Shown here piece by piece: positions 19,868 to 30,172 of a stretch of 64,000 nt of DNA. The stretch is taken from positions 160,001-224,000 of the forward strand of contig OZ240241.1 of NCBI GenBank assembly GCA_965198115.1, read 5' to 3'. Below the pieces are notes generated by a model. It was not told the origin of the DNA. It worked only from the letters and a program-made list of their open reading frames with translations, and searched no databases. The number at the start of each line of letters is the position of its first letter. Positions within the stretch are counted from its first letter, which is position 1. The position numbers were made by a program, and so were the translations under genes. Source of the stretch: Candidatus Latescibacterota bacterium. Its GTDB lineage: Bacteria; Latescibacterota; UBA2968.

Positions 19868-21289
19868 GGCTATATCCGGATCTCTCAACGAGATGAAGTG
19901 GGTGAAGGTGCCGTGGTTCCTGGCATGGGGGCGCGGTTAGAGTGTGCGGAACCTCTTCGGAATCTGCTCAGGGATGTTTATGTCTCCGACGGTAAGGAAG
20001 ATCATATCGTTGAATGCGTCGAGTGTGCGGAATCCGCTGGCTCGGTTCTTGACGATTTGGACGATTCGGTTGAGGCCTTCGGCGATGGCGTTGGTAAGAC
20101 GCGTGTTCACGAATGCGAGGACGCCGAAGAAGTGCTGTCGCAGGGTCCTGACGAACTTTCGCAGGGGTTCAAGTCGACTTCTGAGTGCGGACGTCGTCCA
20201 GCATTTCAGGAAGCGTTCGGCAGCCCAGGGCGCTTTGTATTCCCAGAACTGCTCGAACTCGTCCTTGAGTCTCCAGGCTCTATAGATTCGGTAGTTCGCC
20301 TTCTCCAGTGCTTTGAGTGTCCGAGTATCCCCTCTGGAGCGTGTCGCTGAGTGCCGGTAGAGGAGCCATCGGAGGCCCTTCATGGCTTTGCGCTCATCCG
20401 GGGCAGCTTCACGCCACTGGTCCTTACGGACCTCGTCAACGGCGGCATTGAGAGCCTTGACGATGTGAAAGCGATCGAGGACCAGCTTGGCATTCGGACA
20501 GTGTTCCTGGATGGCTCCGATGTAAGCTTCGCTCATGTCGCAGCAGGCCCACTCGATCTTGGATCTCTGGTAGGGACTGAGAGCCTCTGTGAAGAACCGA
20601 TCGATCGTTTTACGCGCCCTGCCGCGGCCAACCCACACCACGCAGGAGCGGTCCAGATCGTAAACGAGCGTGGCGTACCTGTGACGCTTGGCGTAGGAGA
20701 TCTCGTCGATCCCGATGGTTTTGAGCCCTCGGATACGATGACCTTCACGAAGCCGCGTGATGGATCGGTGAAGGAGATCCGACAGCGTCGAGGCAGAGAT
20801 GCGCAGTAACTCGGACGCCGCCTTCTGCGTCATGGTCTGGCAGTAGCGCAGCATGGCATACTCGAAGCGATACGTCACCCGAGAGAACCGCTCCGCCCAC
20901 GGAATCTCCTCGACCACACGACCGTGGGTAGGACACCGAATCTCCCGAGGATGGTAGAGAAGCCAGACCCTCCACCCGCACACCGGAATGTCACGCCACC
21001 GACGCGGATGGGGCATTGTGCGGACGATTTTACCTCGACGGCCGCACTCTGGACAACAACAACCATTCTTATGTGGCTTTACGGCGATGACGAAGCAGCT
21101 TCTCCCCCCAAACCACCAGCTGACAACACGGAACCCCTTGAATCTCAGCAGTTTCGATAGTAATCTGCTCCCGGTCATAGGTCGCACCCCCCCTTCGCTT
21201 TGATTGTCCTACACACACAACCAAGCGTAGGGAACGATCTATGACCTTGTCATTCTATAGTTTCACCGTTGAGAAACCCGGATAGAGCC
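19868..21289 (-). mobile_element. ISL3 copy 4 (1422 bp)
   Basis: IRs intact; 8-bp TSD TTTTTTAT (19860-19867, 21290-21297); two extra C in the C-run at about 21187-21193. Confidence 0.95.
19937..21187 (-). CDS. ISL3 transposase
   Basis: 416-aa ORF, near-identical to copy 2. Confidence 0.92.
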   Translation of the reverse strand: MRPMTGSRLLSKLLRFKGFRVVSWWFGGRSCFVIAVKPHKNGCCCPECGRRGKIVRTMPHPRRWRDIPVCGWRVWLLYHPREIRCPTHGRVVEEIPWAERFSRVTYRFEYAMLRYCQTMTQKAASELLRISASTLSDLLHRSITRLREGHRIRGLKTIGIDEISYAKRHRYATLVYDLDRSCVVWVGRGRARKTIDRFFTEALSPYQRSKIEWACCDMSEAYIGAIQEHCPNAKLVLDRFHIVKALNAAVDEVRKDQWREAAPDERKAMKGLRWLLYRHSATRSRGDTRTLKALEKANYRIYRAWRLKDEFEQFWEYKAPWAAERFLKCWTTSALRSRLEPLRKFVRTLRQHFFGVLAFVNTRLTNAIAEGLNRIVQIVKNRASGFRTLDAFNDMIFLTVGDINIPEQIPKRFRTL

Positions 21290-21293
21290 TTTT

Positions 21294-21749
21294 TTATTTT
21301 GGGAGCTGAAGGACTTCGATCATCACGCGGGCGACGCCTTCGCTGACCATGCCGAGTTCCTCTGCCGCGCCGAGCGAGAGGTCGAGGACCCGCCCGGGTA
21401 TGAAAGGACCCCGATCGTTGATCCGAACCCGGAGCTGGTTGCCGTTGCCGAGGTGGGTCACGCGGATGATGGTTCCCAGTGGGAGTTCGCGGTGGGCCGC
21501 GGTCATGGCATACATGTCGAAGGTTTCACCGTTTGCTGTCTTGCGGCCGTGGAACTTGTGGGCGTAGTAAGAGGCTCGACCGACCTGATAGGCTCCCTCA
21601 GTGCTGATTTCGGTTGGCCGAGCGTGAGAAGGGGATCCCGGGTTGGCTGCCGTTTGCGTGCCGACGGGATTCGCCACCGGCTTGCGATACCGCGGTGCGG
21701 CCGTGCAGGCGACGACCAGGGCGAGCGCAATCGGGAAAACTCGGGTCAC
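21294..21749 (-). CDS. rlpA: Septal ring lytic transglycosylase RlpA family lipoprotein
   Basis: Lipobox LVVAC; [33 protein letters not shown]; GTG start overlaps pyrD stop. Confidence 0.92.
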   Translation of the reverse strand: MTRVFPIALALVVACTAAPRYRKPVANPVGTQTAANPGSPSHARPTEISTEGAYQVGRASYYAHKFHGRKTANGETFDMYAMTAAHRELPLGTIIRVTHLGNGNQLRVRINDRGPFIPGRVLDLSLGAAEELGMVSEGVARVMIEVLQLPK

Positions 21750-22660
21750 GGAAGACGGAGGCTGCTCGTGAGGTCGGTCACGCGATCGATCTCTTTCCGG
21801 CGGCAGTGATCGGCGATGCCATTCGCAATCTGCGGCCCGGCGAGGGGGTCGATGAAGGTGGCTGTTCCTACCTGAACCGCGTCGGCACCGGCCATCATGA
21901 ATTCGATCGCGTCGGTCGCATTGGAGATGCCGCCCATGCCGACGATGGGAACGTTGACAACGGCCGCGACCTTCCACGTGAGGGCGAGGGCCACGGGTTT
22001 GATCGCCGGACCGGAGAGTCCGCCGGTGACGTTGCCCAGAATCGGTCGGGCGGTTTCGGTGTCGATGGCCATGCCGAGCAAGGTGTTGATGAGCGCGATC
22101 CCGTCTGCGCCGCCAGCCTCTACGGCCGTGGCGATGGGAACGATGTCGGTGACGTTCGGGGTAAGCTTGACGATGACGGGTACGGTCGACACGTCTTTGA
22201 CGGCTCGCGTGACGTCGCGGGCGGCCTCTTCCCGACAGCCGAAGAGCATGCCGCCATCTTTCATGTTGGGCGATGAGATGTTGAGTTCGAGCGCGTCGAA
22301 ACCGCCACGGTCGCAAAGGACCTTGGCCATTTCGGCGAATTCATCGCTGGAAGTGCCGGCGATGCTGACGATGCGCGCCGTGGGCAGCGAAGACAACGGT
22401 GGAAGCTTTTCGGCGATGAAGCCCTCCAGCCCGGGGTTCGTCAGACCGATCGAGTTGAGCATGCCGGACGGGGTCTCGGCCGTCCGGGGCGGTGGGTTAC
22501 CGGCGCGCGGGTGACGGGTGATGGTCTTGGTGACGACTCCGCCGATTCGATTGAAATCGAAGAGCCCCTGGTATTCGGCGCCGTGTCCGAAGGTGCCCGA
22601 GGCCATCAGGACGGGGTTGCGGAGCTCGAGTCCGCCGCCGACGTGTACGGTGAGATCCAT
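21746..22660 (-). CDS. pyrD: Dihydroorotate dehydrogenase class 1B, catalytic subunit
   Basis: [43 protein letters not shown]. Confidence 0.95.
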   Translation of the reverse strand: MDLTVHVGGGLELRNPVLMASGTFGHGAEYQGLFDFNRIGGVVTKTITRHPRAGNPPPRTAETPSGMLNSIGLTNPGLEGFIAEKLPPLSSLPTARIVSIAGTSSDEFAEMAKVLCDRGGFDALELNISSPNMKDGGMLFGCREEAARDVTRAVKDVSTVPVIVKLTPNVTDIVPIATAVEAGGADGIALINTLLGMAIDTETARPILGNVTGGLSGPAIKPVALALTWKVAAVVNVPIVGMGGISNATDAIEFMMAGADAVQVGTATFIDPLAGPQIANGIADHCRRKEIDRVTDLTSSLRLP

Positions 22661-23457
22661 TACCAGACGATTTCGTGGGCGTCGACGACGGGACCGTCGA
22701 GACAGACTCGCTTGTAGCGCTCTTCCTCACGTTCGGGTCGGCGTTGTTCGACGACACAGCCGACGCAGGCGCCAAAACCGCACGCCATGTGATTTTCGAG
22801 GGAGGCGAAACAAGGACGCGTCAGGTCGGCGGCGATGTGGGCGACCCGGGCCATCATCGGGTGAGGACCGCACGTGAGGAGGGTCGTTTCGGGGGTCGTG
22901 TTCGTTTCGATCAGATCGGTGACGAAGCCGGCGTGGCCGGTCGTTCCGTCGTCTGTCGCGAGGTGACGGCAGAGCTCTGTGGGGAGGAGGCCATCGAGGT
23001 CGGGGAGCCGAGACGCCGTGTTGGCCCCGATCAGCAGCGTCATTGTGGAGAGTTGTCGCGGGTGTTCCCACGCGAGAAAGGCGAGGGGTACGATGCCGAC
23101 ACCCCCTGCGATGAGGAGGAGGTGTCCATCTGGCGGCACGAAGGGGCGTCCGAGCGGACCGAGTATGCCGAAGGTATCACCCGGTGTTGCCTGCTTCAGG
23201 CGAATCGTCCCAGGTCCGATGACGTCGTAGTAGATTTCGAACCAACCGGCATCGCGGTCGACGCGTAGAAAGCTGAATGGTCTTCGCAAGTAGGGAGCGC
23301 CTGCATCGTCGGTCAGAACCTGCACGAATTGCGCGGGACGGGCGGCATCTGCGATTGAGGCTGCATCGAGACGCATCACGTAGAGATTTCGACCGACCTC
23401 CCTGTTGGAGACGACCGTAGCAGTCTGATCGAGAAAGTTGGGGATCGAAAGGTTTAT
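22660..23457 (-). CDS. pyrK: Dihydroorotate dehydrogenase electron-transfer subunit
   Basis: LRRPFS, GPLG, AGGVGIVP, CGP, MACGFGACVGC...VCLDGPV; homology appears to extend to ATA 23457 (first canonical start 23379). Confidence 0.9.
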   Translation of the reverse strand: MNLSIPNFLDQTATVVSNREVGRNLYVMRLDAASIADAARPAQFVQVLTDDAGAPYLRRPFSFLRVDRDAGWFEIYYDVIGPGTIRLKQATPGDTFGILGPLGRPFVPPDGHLLLIAGGVGIVPLAFLAWEHPRQLSTMTLLIGANTASRLPDLDGLLPTELCRHLATDDGTTGHAGFVTDLIETNTTPETTLLTCGPHPMMARVAHIAADLTRPCFASLENHMACGFGACVGCVVEQRRPEREEERYKRVCLDGPVVDAHEIVW

Positions 23458-23726
23458 CGTGGTTCTCCACCTGGCAGGACGTCACTGGCACACCGAAACC
23501 CCAACGAATTTCGACTGTGATCCCGAGATGCATTCGATCTGAATCGATGGATGTGAAACGCGGTCGGACAAACCTCACTCACGGTCCCTCCTCGGCAACC
23601 TCTTTGGCGACGAGCACCGTTTCGTGGATCGTAGCACCAGCTATTTGCGTTTGAGTGAAGGCTCACGATCGCACGATGTGAATCGAGCGCGCATCGACAA
23701 GGGTCGGACTGTCGACATCACCGGTT

Positions 23727-24644
23727 TCACTTCTCAGGGGCTTGGTCGGTCTCTCGGTTGGTGATCTGGTAGAATCCGTCGATCCAGGCGGTCACCGCCT
23801 TGCCACCTTTCTTGGCTGGCCGATACTCCTGTTGGGAGACGGCGTCTTCAGCGGCTTTTCTTAAGATCTCGGGGCCGCCGGTGATCTCGACCTCCAAAAC
23901 CTTTCCTTCGGGACCGATCTTCGCTCGGTATTCGACGCAGCCGCTGATGCCCTGTTCGGCGACGTCCGGGGGCCACTCTGGATCGACACGCTTCAGGAGC
24001 GATGGTTTAGAGTCAGCCTCTTGAGCAGTGGACAGACTCTTTCCCCCTGAAGCGACGAAGTTGACCTCAACAGCCACCCACGTTCCCGCCTGCGGACGAT
24101 TCTTTTCGGGAATTCGAAACCGCTCCGTCTCTCCGATGGCATCGGCCTCCAACAAGCCTTTTCCGGCAAGAGCCTCTGTTCTGCCCGCTTTCCCATCCTG
24201 ATCGACGCGCATGCCGACGAAGTACTTTCCGACGGCGGAATCCCCGTGGGCATCGCGGAGGTGCGCGGGTAGATTGATTTCGATCTTATAGGGCGCGCCT
24301 ACCTCTTCCTCAATTTTAGCCTTCTGCGAAATGCCGAGATCCTTCCAGCGCTCGAACCATTCCGATGCAGTGGGATAGTCTTCGAGATCGTTGTGGATGC
24401 GCCCAAGGTAGTAGACCGCGCGGGCGTTCTTCGAGTCCGCAGCGAAAGCCTTCTCCATGCATTGTCTGGCTTCTTGCAGATTTCCGCTTTCGTAGATCTG
24501 CAGTCCGAGCATCAGATATCTTCTGGACGCACTGTTCCCCGTTCCATCCGATGCCAACGCCGGGATCGGACACAGAACGAGCACTAAGGCAAGTGCGGGG
24601 CCAATTCTCTTCGTAGAGAGAACGAAACTCTGGATGTTCCTCAT
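23727..24644 (-). CDS. TPR plus TonB C-terminal-domain protein
   Basis: Signal peptide, TPR (YYLGRIH), two TonB_C-like units (KRVDPEWPP..GISGCVEYRAKIGPEGKV); ATGA overlap with upstream gene. Confidence 0.78.
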   Translation of the reverse strand: MRNIQSFVLSTKRIGPALALVLVLCPIPALASDGTGNSASRRYLMLGLQIYESGNLQEARQCMEKAFAADSKNARAVYYLGRIHNDLEDYPTASEWFERWKDLGISQKAKIEEEVGAPYKIEINLPAHLRDAHGDSAVGKYFVGMRVDQDGKAGRTEALAGKGLLEADAIGETERFRIPEKNRPQAGTWVAVEVNFVASGGKSLSTAQEADSKPSLLKRVDPEWPPDVAEQGISGCVEYRAKIGPEGKVLEVEITGGPEILRKAAEDAVSQQEYRPAKKGGKAVTAWIDGFYQITNRETDQAPEK

Positions 24645-27600
24645 TCTAGGCGAAACCTCAGCGAGTGTGACATCCATACAGCTACCGCCCGGCCCTCCAG
24701 GACAGCAGGTTCGAACACCGACTGCCGCGCTGCGTTTCTGGCAGCGTCGTGGAATACGTCGTCTCCCTCGAGGACGACGGTTTCACCGACCCGACCATTT
24801 TCGAGGACAAGAGATTTGACACGCACGCTGCCCTCCAGCCTCGCTTGCCTGGCGACCTGGGGAAACTCTGGCTCCGCCGATTTCAGCAATCGAGGCGCGA
24901 CATCGACGGCGGTTATGTCAACCGGTCCGACCCTCTTGGTGATGAAAGCCCCGTTCGGGTTGTTGAAGTGGACCGACCTGCTCTTCTTGAAGGTAGCCGT
25001 TACCTCGAGAAGGTCATCGGGAAAGATCTCGGGGAGAGGGGAGAAGGGAGCAGCCTGTCTGATGGATTTGAGTCTGGGTTTTACCTCGAGCTCCGTGTAT
25101 TCGTCGTCATCCTCGTGGTCGATCTTATCGGCCCTCCCATCCCGGTGAATCCTGAAACGAATCGTCACTCCTCCGTCCCGAGGATCGGTGTCGGGGGTCT
25201 GATCGGGCGTGAGTGAGGCGTTCGACACGATCTGATCGGCCGTTTCCACGGGAAGCAACTCCCCACCAGGAAGATCCTCGGCCTCCAAATTCGATAGGAT
25301 CCGATAGCGAAGATCCCGCATGTATGGGGCGAATTCCCACTCGTAGCTGCTGAATCGAAGATCGATTCTTCCAACGGACTCCAGGATCGCGGTCGGCACG
25401 CGGATGTTTTCTCCATCCTCGTTGTCTGGGGGCGGCGACCCAGAGGGGTCGGGTGTGGACTCGACGTCGATAGTCGTGGCCATCCAGATGTCGCGCGGGA
25501 TACCTTCGTGGCTGCCCGGCGCAAACCTGAACTTGCCTGCGGCAGCGACCAGTTTGTCTCTCAATCCGAGCCCCAACGGCAGATCGATGTCCTTGATCGA
25601 TCCTTTGGCTCCGACCAGAAATCTCACTTCGGTAGAATCCGTATTCTCCGTCGTTCCGTGAATCCTCAAGAGGACACGTCGAATGATACGCGGTTTGGCG
25701 TCTGCCTCACCGTAAGACAGTGGTTGGAACGAAAACTCACCCGAACTTCGGACTCTACCCCTGAACGGGACAGACTCGCTGTCGACGGCAATCGGGATCT
25801 CTACCCACGCGGCTACCGGGTCGCCAAGGTAGGTGGCTGGTTCGAATCGGTGGCTGGTGACGAACCGTTTGGCCGTTCGGTCGAGCCCCCGAGGGCCGCT
25901 TACGTACTGCACGTCCTCTACGCGGCCGTCGGTGCCGACCAGGGCGCTTACGATGGCCGTCGCCCCCTCGAATCTCGGATTCGGCGTTCCGAGATCAGCT
26001 GCCGAGGTGATCACGGGTGGGGTATCGGTCTGGAAGACCTGGAGAACCGGTCTCGCGCCGTCTTTCGAATCTTTTTTCGTGGGCCGTTCGAGGATGTCGA
26101 TGCCTGTTTCCATCCAGACATCCCTCGGCTTGCCTCGATGCTTGCCCGGTTCGAATTTAAACTTCTTCGCGGCTGCCACGACCTTCCTCGTCAGGTCAGG
26201 GGAGCGATACTGTGGCTCGATCAGTTTTGCGGTCCCGTCTTCACCTACGAGGAATTTGACCCCGATCCATTCAGGATGGGCGTGGGCTTCGTCGATTCGG
26301 ACTTCCGATCTTTCGACGATGCTGGGTTTGGTCTCGGCATCGGCGTAGGATAGGGGTGGCAGGGGGACGGGGCCCGAGCGTTCGATCTGACCCGTGAACG
26401 GACGAGACGCCTCCCGTATGTCGATCGGGATCTCGATCCAAGAAGCCACGTAGCTCCCGAAGTGACGAGCGGGAATGAATCGGTGATCCCGAGCCAGTTT
26501 TTCACCCGTCGATTTGAGTTTCGAGGGTCCGTTGACGTAGGTCGTTCGTTTCGGCACACCGTCGCGCCCGACGAGTATTCTGACGATCACGGTTGCCTCT
26601 TCATCGGGCGTCTCTTCGGGTTCGGCAGTTTTGTAAACGATCGGGGGTGTGTCCGTGTCAAACGCCTCGAAAGGTGGTGTTCCCGGATCGCCAGAATCGA
26701 GGTGCTTTCCGTCGAGTTTCTCTTCGACCGTTTCTGCAAAGCTGGTTCCGATGTAGTCGTTCAGGACTCTCTCGTAGTACCTGCGGGCGTGAGGGAGATC
26801 CTTTAGGTGATTTTCATAGATCCAGCCCGTCGTGAACAGCGCCTGTGGCGCAAAGAAACTGTTCGGGTATTCCTCGGCGACCTGTTCGAGGATGGTCACG
26901 ATCTCCTCCGGCGCCACTCCTTCTTCCAGAAGCGATTCGGCCTCGAGGTAGCGGGCTTCTGCCAGAAGGTCGTCAGATCGATTGGCGTCGATCCGGTTGC
27001 GTGCTTCGACGGCATAGGGGGTTGTGGGGTAGGCCTCGAGCAGTCGTGTGAAGGCCTGCCGTGCCTCCGTCTCGTCTTTCAGGCTGTCGGCGTGGATGAG
27101 GGCGATCGCGAATAGGGCCTTCGGAGCCAGCTGCGGGTCATCGGCTTCGGCACGATTCAGAGCCCGTTCGTAGGTCGCGAGGGCCGAGTCGATTTCTCCC
27201 AGGTTGAAGAGGTAGAGCTCGGCGAGATCGAACATTGAAGCCAGGCCGCGTTTGCCGTCCCTTTCCGATTGCTTTCGGACTTTGTCGAGAAGGAAGAGTG
27301 TCTTCTCCATCGCTCCGGCGCGTTCGGCTGCCGTCGTGCCTCCCCGCTCGAGCCGGGCAGCTTTGAGGTGCTCCATGGCCGCTTCGCTGTCGCCTAGCGT
27401 TCGGTAGTCGATCAGCCCCATCTGGTAGTAGGCTTCGGCGCTGTGTTCGGTCCTCGGATACTGCTTGATGATGGCATTGTAGGCGTCGACCGCGTCTTCG
27501 ATTTGCCCTCTCAGGGTGAATACGTTCGCCTTCATCAGTTGAACTCGCGGCCTGTAGTCTTCGAACCTCTTGATTCTAGCAATGCCTTCGTAGATCCTTA

Positions 27601-28339
27601 GCGCGGCATCGAAATCGCCATTCAGCTCGTGAACGCGGCCAATCTGTTGGCGGGCGTAGAAGCCGGTGACGTCGTCCGGATCGCTGCGGAGAACGTTCTG
27701 GTAGGCTGCGAGTGAGGCGTCGAGGTTTTCCGTGTCAAAGTGAGCGTCTCCGAGATCACGCCAGATGCGCGCCAGAAGGTTTTTGTCGCGCTCCCCTTCG
27801 AGGAGCCCATTGAACAGGTCGATCGCTGTTTCGACGTTGCCTTCGGCGAACTCGAGCTCGGCCAGCGCAAGACGGGCGTGCCAAGCGAATGGTCCAGTGC
27901 TCTGTCCTACCGCGGCGAGTGTCGAGCGGGCTTCTGCGAATTCTTCACGCCCCCACAAGGAAAGACCCATCCAGTAGCGAGCTTCGACGAGGAGTGAACT
28001 TTCGGGGAAGTTGTCCACGAGCTCGTTGAATTTCTGGACGGCATCGGTGTGCTCCTCACGCCAGTAGTAGGCTTTGCCCATGAGGAGCAGGCTGTCATCT
28101 ACCAGGTCGCTGTCGGGGTGGAGCTGCAGGATCGAGGAGGCTTTTCGGATCGCGGAGAGGTAGTAGGTGAGGTAGTTGTTTTTGAGGCCCCGGTTTTCTG
28201 GGTCGGCTTCAGACTTGGCGCGTTCTTCTTCGGCTTGCCTATATCGCTTCTTGGCGTTGTAGAAGGTGTTGTAGTAGACGCACGACTCGAGGAAGAATGC
28301 GGTGGCTACGCAGAGGCTGAGTCGAAGGAAGCGAGTCAT
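24641..28339 (-). CDS. Large TPR lipoprotein with tandem TonB/TolA C-terminal domains
   Basis: LESC lipobox followed by VYYNTFYNAK; about 540 aa of TPRs; six TonB/TolA_C-like repeats. Confidence 0.85.
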   Translation of the reverse strand: MTRFLRLSLCVATAFFLESCVYYNTFYNAKKRYRQAEEERAKSEADPENRGLKNNYLTYYLSAIRKASSILQLHPDSDLVDDSLLLMGKAYYWREEHTDAVQKFNELVDNFPESSLLVEARYWMGLSLWGREEFAEARSTLAAVGQSTGPFAWHARLALAELEFAEGNVETAIDLFNGLLEGERDKNLLARIWRDLGDAHFDTENLDASLAAYQNVLRSDPDDVTGFYARQQIGRVHELNGDFDAALRIYEGIARIKRFEDYRPRVQLMKANVFTLRGQIEDAVDAYNAIIKQYPRTEHSAEAYYQMGLIDYRTLGDSEAAMEHLKAARLERGGTTAAERAGAMEKTLFLLDKVRKQSERDGKRGLASMFDLAELYLFNLGEIDSALATYERALNRAEADDPQLAPKALFAIALIHADSLKDETEARQAFTRLLEAYPTTPYAVEARNRIDANRSDDLLAEARYLEAESLLEEGVAPEEIVTILEQVAEEYPNSFFAPQALFTTGWIYENHLKDLPHARRYYERVLNDYIGTSFAETVEEKLDGKHLDSGDPGTPPFEAFDTDTPPIVYKTAEPEETPDEEATVIVRILVGRDGVPKRTTYVNGPSKLKSTGEKLARDHRFIPARHFGSYVASWIEIPIDIREASRPFTGQIERSGPVPLPPLSYADAETKPSIVERSEVRIDEAHAHPEWIGVKFLVGEDGTAKLIEPQYRSPDLTRKVVAAAKKFKFEPGKHRGKPRDVWMETGIDILERPTKKDSKDGARPVLQVFQTDTPPVITSAADLGTPNPRFEGATAIVSALVGTDGRVEDVQYVSGPRGLDRTAKRFVTSHRFEPATYLGDPVAAWVEIPIAVDSESVPFRGRVRSSGEFSFQPLSYGEADAKPRIIRRVLLRIHGTTENTDSTEVRFLVGAKGSIKDIDLPLGLGLRDKLVAAAGKFRFAPGSHEGIPRDIWMATTIDVESTPDPSGSPPPDNEDGENIRVPTAILESVGRIDLRFSSYEWEFAPYMRDLRYRILSNLEAEDLPGGELLPVETADQIVSNASLTPDQTPDTDPRDGGVTIRFRIHRDGRADKIDHEDDDEYTELEVKPRLKSIRQAAPFSPLPEIFPDDLLEVTATFKKSRSVHFNNPNGAFITKRVGPVDITAVDVAPRLLKSAEPEFPQVARQARLEGSVRVKSLVLENGRVGETVVLEGDDVFHDAARNAARQSVFEPAVLEGRAVAVWMSHSLRFRLE

Positions 28340-30165
28340 GACGTTGGTGCGATGGCTGCGTGGAACTCCTGCAGCGTCCGAATTCGGACCCCGCGGTCTT
28401 TGACCATCGATTCGATTGCAGAGACGACGGCGGTGGCACCGGCAAGGGTGGTCGTGTAGGCGACACCGTATTGCAGGGCGGCCCGACGAATCTGGTGATC
28501 GTCGGATCGCGCCTTTTCTCCTGCTGGCGTGTTGATCATCAGGGCGATGTTCTGGTTCTTTATCTCGTCAAGAATGCTCGGACGTCCTTCCCGAATCTTG
28601 TAAATCCTCTCGACAGCGATTCCTTCCTCGGCGAGGCGCCGCTGGGTGCCCTGCGTCGCGATGATACGGAACCCCAGCCCTTCGAGTCGGCTTCCGATGT
28701 CCACGGTGTCGTTCTTGTCGCGGTCGTTCACGCTGATGAAGACGGTCCCCTCCGTAGGGAGTCGGACGCCCGCGCCCAGCTGCGCTTTTTGAAAGCTGAG
28801 TCCGAAGTCGTTGTCGATACCCATGACTTCGCCGGTCGATTTCATCTCGGGACCGAGTAGCGTGTCGACGCCCGGAAACTTGTTGAACGGGAGCACGGCT
28901 TCTTTGACTGCGATGTGGTCGATGCTGACTTCCTCGGTGACGCCCTGTTCTTCGAGGGTCAAACCGACCATCGCCCGAGCGGCCACCTTGGCTAGCGGAA
29001 TCCCGATCGCCTTGCTGACGAACGGCACCGTGCGTGACGCCCGGGGATTGACTTCGATGATGTAGACTTCGCCATCCTGCACTGCATACTGCACGTTCAT
29101 CAACCCGACGACGTCGAGCGCGCGAGCGAGATCGTGCGTTTGGGATCGGATTTGAGCCAGGTTCTGATCGGATATGGCATACGGTGGGAGGACACAGGCA
29201 CTGTCGCCCGAGTGTACACCCGCGCTCTCAACGTGCTGCATGATACCGCCTATGACGGTGGCAGTCGAGTCGGCGACGGTGTCGACGTCGAACTCGTGGG
29301 CGTTCTGAAGGTATCGGTCGACGAGAACGGGTCGCTCGGGCGAGGCATCGATGGCGTCGGCCATGTAGCTGACGAGGGCGTCGCGGTCGTAGACGATGGC
29401 CATGGCTCGGCCGCCGAGGACGTAGGACGGTCGGACGAGGACGGGATAACCGATCTTGTCGGCAATGGAGACGGCCTCGTCGACGTCCGTCGCGGTATCG
29501 TTTTCGGGTTGCCGGATGCCGAGCCGGGCGATGAGGGCGCCGAAGCGCTTTCGGTTTTCGGCCAGGTCGATGCTGTCGGGGGACGTGCCGACAATCGGCA
29601 GCCCACCGCGCTCGAGGTCGTGGGCGAGGTTGAGCGGGGTCTGCCCCCCGAATTGTACGATGACCCCGTCGGGCTGTTCGAGGTCGGCGATGGCGAGCAC
29701 ATCCTCGGTGGTCAAAGGCTCAAAGTAGAGTTTGTCGGACGTGTCATAATCGGTGCTGACGGTCTCGGGGTTCGAGTTGACCATGATGGTCTCGAACCCG
29801 TCTTCTTTGAGCGCGTAGGAAGCGTGGACGCAGCAGTAGTCGAACTCGATGCCCTGACCGATCCGGTTGGGCCCGCCCCCGAGGATCATGATCTTGCGTC
29901 GATCGGACCGCACGGCCTCCATCTCCGCCTCGTAGGTCGAGTAATGATAGGGCGTGAAGGCCTCGAACTCCGCCGCGCACGTATCGACCGTTTTGTAGAC
30001 GGGAGTGACGTCGAGTTCCTTTCGCAAAGCGCGAACGATCCATTCGTCGGACCGCCAGAGGTGGGCGAGCTGGCGATCGCTGAATCCGTGCGCCTTGGCT
30101 TTGAGCAGGACCTCGCGCGTGACGAACGACCTCAATCGCTCGAGATGTGATGTTTCGATGGACAC
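28336..30165 (-). CDS. carB: Carbamoyl-phosphate synthase large subunit, C-terminal part
   Basis: GFSDRQLA, VDTCAAEF, GGGPNRIGQGIEFDY, second ATP-grasp domain, MGS domain. Confidence 0.95.
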   Translation of the reverse strand: MSIETSHLERLRSFVTREVLLKAKAHGFSDRQLAHLWRSDEWIVRALRKELDVTPVYKTVDTCAAEFEAFTPYHYSTYEAEMEAVRSDRRKIMILGGGPNRIGQGIEFDYCCVHASYALKEDGFETIMVNSNPETVSTDYDTSDKLYFEPLTTEDVLAIADLEQPDGVIVQFGGQTPLNLAHDLERGGLPIVGTSPDSIDLAENRKRFGALIARLGIRQPENDTATDVDEAVSIADKIGYPVLVRPSYVLGGRAMAIVYDRDALVSYMADAIDASPERPVLVDRYLQNAHEFDVDTVADSTATVIGGIMQHVESAGVHSGDSACVLPPYAISDQNLAQIRSQTHDLARALDVVGLMNVQYAVQDGEVYIIEVNPRASRTVPFVSKAIGIPLAKVAARAMVGLTLEEQGVTEEVSIDHIAVKEAVLPFNKFPGVDTLLGPEMKSTGEVMGIDNDFGLSFQKAQLGAGVRLPTEGTVFISVNDRDKNDTVDIGSRLEGLGFRIIATQGTQRRLAEEGIAVERIYKIREGRPSILDEIKNQNIALMINTPAGEKARSDDHQIRRAALQYGVAYTTTLAGATAVVSAIESMVKDRGVRIRTLQEFHAAIAPTS

Positions 30166-30172
30166 GGTTCCT

